From positions 980-64,979 of the forward strand of contig URHJ01000003.1 in NCBI GenBank assembly GCA_900547465.1: a DNA stretch of 64,000 nucleotides, written 5' to 3'. A program made the translations under genes and the position numbers. Shown here in pieces: positions 59,821 through 64,000 of this stretch (position 1 is its first letter; each line of letters opens with the position of its first letter). The DNA comes from an uncultured Mycoplasmatota bacterium (lineage in GTDB: Bacteria; Bacillota_I; Bacilli_A; RF39; UBA660). Under the pieces are notes generated by a model. The model was not told the origin of the DNA, did not search any database, and worked only from the letters and a program-made list of their open reading frames with translations.

Positions 59821-60777
59821 TTATAACATAGTTTTTGTCATTTTTTTAGGTTTAGAATCAAGATTATTAAAACTATAACCTTTGTTTTTAAGTAACTTTA
59901 TTCCTAATTCTATTCCTAGATCAATGTCATCTTTATCCATTGGAACTCTTCCTCTTAAATTAAGTAATAAATTCTTCTCTTCTTCATTAATTGTAGCCTT
60001 TGAAAATTCATCTCTTATAATATCTAAGTAAGTAGGCAGTGAACATTTTATATTAGATCTAGCCGCAATTAGATATAAATTATTGAATGTATTAGAAATT
60101 GATAATTCCTCATTTTCCCAGCCTTTTTCTAACATAAAGTCTCCTCCGCCTAGTTTGCAATTACTAATTCCTGTACCTTTTTCTAAATCGTATAGGCTTA
60201 TTAGCTTTGCTATTACACAGGTATTTACTATACTTTCTTGTTCTTTAGTAAATGGTACAAATCTATAATAAGGTTCTGGTACATACATTCCCCAGGTATT
60301 ATAACTAGCAACACATCTTGCTTGATTAATATATGGAGTAACATATAATTCTTGGTCTTTATCACAAAAATAATCGATAGGATTAATTACTCTTTGATCT
60401 TTTTTTGCTAACAATTTTAAGTTTTCATATTCTTTTTTGACAGTTTCAAACTTTTCTTTTGGTTGTTTAACAAGTAGTGTTTCTATGTAATTGTTAGAAT
60501 TATTTTTTAGAATATAAACAATTTCTGTTTTTCCATAGTTTATAAATGTTAATTCTAAATTACTGATTGAGGTTTTATTTCTTTTTGCGAAGCGTTCCAT
60601 ATATTTATGTAGGAGGTTTTCTATTTTTTCGTATTCGGTATATTTATCTTGATTACTATTTGTTTCTATGTATCCATAATGCATGTTAACGATACCTTTG
60701 TTTTCTTTATCATCACAATCTTCTAGAACCCATTGTTTTAATGTTTTACTAACTTTTTTTAATTCTTTTTGATTCAT
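59821..60777 (-). CDS. Hypothetical protein with a possible protein-kinase-like/APH-like fold (318 aa)
   Basis: N-lobe-like pattern INYGKTEIVYIL, LLVKQP, EYENLKLL. The C-lobe catalytic HxD/N motifs are not evident (GGGDFML instead). Confidence 0.4.
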   Translation of the reverse strand: MNQKELKKVSKTLKQWVLEDCDDKENKGIVNMHYGYIETNSNQDKYTEYEKIENLLHKYMERFAKRNKTSISNLELTFINYGKTEIVYILKNNSNNYIETLLVKQPKEKFETVKKEYENLKLLAKKDQRVINPIDYFCDKDQELYVTPYINQARCVASYNTWGMYVPEPYYRFVPFTKEQESIVNTCVIAKLISLYDLEKGTGISNCKLGGGDFMLEKGWENEELSISNTFNNLYLIAARSNIKCSLPTYLDIIRDEFSKATINEEEKNLLLNLRGRVPMDKDDIDLGIELGIKLLKNKGYSFNNLDSKPKKMTKTML

Positions 60778-60871
60778 TTTTTATATACTCCTTTGGTGGT
60801 TATTGTATCACAATTTCTATTCTTTCGTTAACTTCATTATACTTTTTATCACTTACTTACTAAAATAAGAA

Positions 60872-60900
60872 AAGATATACTTCTTAAAAAAGTATATCTT
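60872..60900 (-). terminator. Terminator after the NUDIX gene
   Basis: Perfect 11-bp stem AAGATATACTT / AAGTATATCTT with a T-run on the minus strand. Confidence 0.75.
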
Positions 60901-60942
60901 CATATGCAGATAAAATTTATTTTAACTAATTATTAATGCCTT

Positions 60943-61365
60943 TTATCTTGCCTTATTAATATAATCATCTATAAATTTTTTAGATGGCGTATATATATTT
61001 TCTGGTAAAGCATCTAGACTAAACCATTCCCATTTATCTTCTTTTTCTGGTTCCATAGCAGTTAATTCTCCGCTTGAAGATTTTGCAATTACTTGTAGTG
61101 TTACAAAGTGTCTATCTGTTGCGATATCATCAGATGCTCCGAATAATTCCAAATCATCTATATCGAGATTAGTTTCTTCTTTTATTTCTCTCTTTGCTCC
61201 TTCAAACATAGTTTCAAACATCTCTTGTTTACCACCTGGAAGAGACCAACAATCGCCTTCTTGGATACCGCCTGTATCTTTTCTTTTTGATAATCTATGT
61301 CCAAGTAACACTTTATTATCTTTTAAAATCATTACACCTATTCCAACTCTAACAACATTATTCAT
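60943..61365 (-). CDS. NUDIX hydrolase
   Basis: Nudix box GGKQEMFETMFEGAKREIKEETNL. 140 aa. Confidence 0.85.
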   Translation of the reverse strand: MNNVVRVGIGVMILKDNKVLLGHRLSKRKDTGGIQEGDCWSLPGGKQEMFETMFEGAKREIKEETNLDIDDLELFGASDDIATDRHFVTLQVIAKSSSGELTAMEPEKEDKWEWFSLDALPENIYTPSKKFIDDYINKAR

Positions 61366-61466
61366 AAAATCACCCTTTCAAATTGTCACTTTTTTCTACT
61401 AAAATATATAGAATCATCTAGGTTTTTCAACTGTGTTTTATATATAATATCTTATCATAAATTTTA

Positions 61467-62342
61467 TTAATTATCTATACTACAATTATTTATTACATCT
61501 TTTAATAGATTTTCTATTTCGTTCTTATTTTCTATTTCATGTATTCCAAAACATCTCTTTCCTAAATCTTTAAAAGATGCTCCGCAGTGAAAAACTATTT
61601 TTCTATCTATAATTATAAATCTATCATGATAGGAATCATTATTTATGAATGTGATATTATTATATTGTTTTAAATTATCATTTATATTTGATGAAATAAC
61701 TATTATCTTTTTATTAATACTTCTAAGCTCATCTAACAGTACTTTTCCTATATAGTTATCTATAATTATTATTTCATCTTTGGCTACATTAAATATCTCT
61801 AATAGTACTGAATAAGCATCATAAATATCACCTTTAAAAAATATAGAATCTTTTGTTATTTCTTGGGGATTAAATTTATCAAACAATTCATCTATTTTTC
61901 TTGTATTATTATCAACTTTTTCTTCTAAAAGTAAAAATCTCCTAGGTAATATATTTTTATTATAGTTAATGTAATGTCTCATCTTTACAAATGTATCCAT
62001 TATTCTAATACTTACTTCAGTAGCTGTTTTTGATTTTAAAATTGTTGCGAGCATATATACGCCTTGTTCTGTAAATACTCTAGGATTTGATCTTGACATA
62101 TTACCTATATTTGTGGTCAAAAATTTTGACCGCAAATTTTCCTTTTCCTAATTACTCAAAATAAAACTATACCTGCTTGGAAATTTATCTGGATTATTCT
62201 TAACTGCTTGATTGATTTCTTTAGTTCCATTTTTACAATTATATAATTTTGCTAAATCAGAATCTAACATTACCTCCTTTTCGTCAATTTCATAAATCAT
62301 ATTTTCGATGATTATTACATCTTTTTCTGCCATTTCATTCAT
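61467..62342 (-). pseudogene. ORF6N-domain protein interrupted by a single in-frame TAG
   Basis: ORFs 62148-62342 and 61467-62135 are in the same frame: ...RYSFILSN-TAG-EKENLRSKFLTTN.... N-terminal ORF6N pattern (VMLDSDLAKLY...FPSRYSF...FTEQGVYMLATILKS), and a C-terminal HDRFIIIDRKIVFHCGASFKDLGKRCF module. Confidence 0.7.
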
Positions 62343-62364
62343 ACTTTAACCTCCTTCTTTGAAT

Positions 62365-62688
62365 AAAAAAAGAGATATCCCCTTCATCCTATTAAAAGGG
62401 ATATCCCGCAGCATGTAATAATTCTTCCTTGCCTTAAAGAATTAGAACCTTAACGTCCAAATTGTCATATTAACTCATGGCAAGATAATTAATACAGTTA
62501 GAATATATCATACTATTTTTATAAATACAATCGAACAAAGAGGTTTTTATTTCTTTTTCAAAACACAAACTGTCTCTACATGCCATATTCATTAATTATG
62601 AATAGTTGCTTTTTATATGTTTGGGTATAACTGACTATGTTCTGACATATAAACTGAAATAATATAATGTGTATTATACATATGTCAA
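62365..62688 (-). ncRNA. Candidate non-coding leader or sRNA of about 290 nt (promoter to intrinsic terminator) abutting the ORF6N SD
   Basis: TTGACA-18-TATTAT promoter (plus 62659-62688). No SD-preceded ORF. Terminator GAUAUCCC / GGGAUAUC plus U7 (plus 62365-62405) ends about 10 nt before the AAGGAGG SD. Confidence 0.35.
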
Positions 62689-62700
62689 TTTTTATTTAAA

Positions 62701-63242
62701 TTAATTAAAACTATATTCTCTTATTTCACAATTATCTGGCAAATATTTTTCCACCTGTCCATCTTCTGGCAATTCATTAAAATAGAAATGGATTGCCCTA
62801 GCTACGCCACCATGTGTTACCAAAAGTATATTTTGACCTCTATATTTTTTCTTGATTTCATCTAAAAATAAATTAACCCTTTTAAATAATTCTGGAACTG
62901 TTTCTAAATTATCGATTTTAACTTTAGAATAATAATTCCAATATTCCGTATAATAAAAATTATCTATTTTCGTATTTGTTAAAACTCCACAATTTCTTTC
63001 TTCTATTCGATCATCATATATTACTTTTATCTTATTAGAATTTATAATATCACAGGTATGTCTTGTTCTTAAAAGTGGTGAACAAATAATCAAATCTAAA
63101 TTTAAATTTTTAATTTTTTTAGATGCTTCCTGTGCTTGTTTTATTCCAATATTATTTATATCTTCATTTAATAATTTTCCATTATATATATATCTAATCT
63201 ATTACTATCTGTGTTTCCATGTCTAATTACATATAACTTCAT
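62701..63242 (-). pseudogene. Histidine phosphatase (phosphoglycerate mutase-like) family gene, frameshifted in a (TA)5 tract
   Basis: The ATG at 63242 gives MKLYVIRHGNTDSNRLDIYIMENY-stop. The rest (YNGKLLNEDINNIGIKQAQ...LIICSPLLRTRHT...LLVTHGG) continues in another frame. Removing one TA unit fuses them into a 179-aa protein. Confidence 0.75.
63183..63193. repeat. (TA)5 tract at the frameshift point
   Basis: tatatatatat read directly from the sequence. Confidence 0.9.
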
Positions 63243-63738
63243 TGTTACTTTTCCTCCTTATATCATTTTTGTAAAGTGTGTATATTCCTGTAAGTAATAA
63301 AATAAAATCACCTAATACCATGAACCAACTATGGTAATAAATATAATAAGAGCCGTATAAAAGTCCTGTTGTTATTCCAGATATTCTAACTAATTTCATA
63401 TTTGATTGCCATAGACAATATGATCTAATCATTGAACCAATTGTTGGTAATAGCGAAACCCACCCTGTCCATGAAAAATAACAATTTATCATAATTATTC
63501 CTTCAAAAATAAATAGTATTATTAAATATACAGATTTACTAAATTTATTTTTATTTATAAATATAAAAGTCCTTATTAAATTTATTATACTTAAAATTGC
63601 GCCTGTAAAAGCAGATATTAAAAAATCATATATTGCTTCAAAAAAGCAGTTTAATGATTGAACATATAATGATTTTTTTCTATCTTTAATACATATACTA
63701 ATACACACTGCTAATAATGCTAAAATACTAAATACCAT
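63223..63738 (-). CDS. YgjV-family inner membrane protein
   Basis: 171 aa, about 5 TM segments, general YgjV-like layout. Its stop overlaps the phosphatase start by 20 nt. Confidence 0.5.
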   Translation of the reverse strand: MVFSILALLAVCISICIKDRKKSLYVQSLNCFFEAIYDFLISAFTGAILSIINLIRTFIFINKNKFSKSVYLIILFIFEGIIMINCYFSWTGWVSLLPTIGSMIRSYCLWQSNMKLVRISGITTGLLYGSYYIYYHSWFMVLGDFILLLTGIYTLYKNDIRRKSNNEVICN

Positions 63739-64000
63739 TTTTTATTTCTCCTATAATCTCTACTTTTTATTTTGTTTAGTCAACCCATGCCACCTAATAT
63801 GGTATGAGTAAATATATTCTCCTTAAACAACCTCCATAAAACTTTATCATTTTTTATAAAAATAAATGTTTTTTTATCAAAAATATGCTTTTTTTTGATA
63901 GTCACTGAACAGTTGATTTTCGTCTAAATATAAGGCCCTATTTAAGTTTTAGAACGCATACACACTCAACATGATATGTATTTGGAAACATATCATATGG

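Noticed and set aside
62420-62470. tRNA-like or SRP-RNA-like fragments (GGTTCTAATTC; GGCAAGGAAGAA) in the 62.3-62.7 kb intergenic region
   Set aside because: I could not build a cloverleaf, acceptor stem or SRP domain IV helix. The resemblances are limited to a few nucleotides.
62530-62545. CGAAC-containing sequence (ATACAATCGAACAAAG) as a further LexA box
   Set aside because: The half-sites are in the wrong relative orientation (GAAC on the right, no GTTC partner).
62462-62601. 39-codon Cys-containing ORF (MNMACRDSLCFEKEIK...) inside the candidate leader RNA
   Set aside because: There is no SD upstream of its ATG and no recognisable peptide family. Treated as non-coding unless ribosome profiling says otherwise.

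Overview
Very AT-rich, low-GC Firmicutes-type chromosomal segment using the standard code (TAG, TAA and TGA all end genes). About 85% of the genes lie on the minus strand. Most of the window is core housekeeping:
- rpsT, tmcAL, gmk, pyk, mutM, polA, tdk, lexA, recD2 and mtaB.
- The heat-shock operon hrcA-grpE-dnaK-(pepF)-dnaJ, preceded by tandem CIRCE operators.
- rpmF/yceD, tgt, queA, ruvB and ruvA.
- holA and alaS behind an Ala T-box.
- rnhC, cvpA and an OmpR-type two-component system.
- hisS-orf-aspS-proS behind a T-box.
- queH and zupT.

A truncated gpr at the left edge, a SpoVB-like flippase and a BclA-like collagen protein suggest a spore-former. I found no rRNA, tRNA, CRISPR array, transposase or integrase.

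Regions not explained by housekeeping, best candidates first:
1. 42.1-44.7 kb: an envelope-protein module. It holds two tandem paralogous membrane proteins that share a near-identical 120-bp segment, a third protein of the same topology, and a collagen-like protein. The promoter spacer is made entirely of a (TA)n tract.
2. 50.0-53.0 kb: two tandem short M3B-like HExxH proteins tightly coupled to queH.
3. 56.1-60.8 kb: a four-gene operon (kinase-like fold, KPR-like reductase, fused ABC exporter, unknown protein), followed by a lipase and membrane-protein trio.
4. Two uncharacterised ORFs wedged inside ruvA-ruvB-queA.
5. A 51-aa membrane protein transcribed divergently from lexA, from a consensus promoter with a LexA box in its spacer. 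It is a candidate SOS division inhibitor.
6. Two TasA/camelysin-type secreted proteins and a Cys-rich secreted protein.
7. A decaying accessory tail at 61-63 kb: an ORF6N gene with an in-frame amber codon, a histidine phosphatase frameshifted in a (TA)5 tract, and a promoter-to-terminator non-coding leader of about 290 nt.

Every functional call comes from motif recognition by eye. No database search was run.
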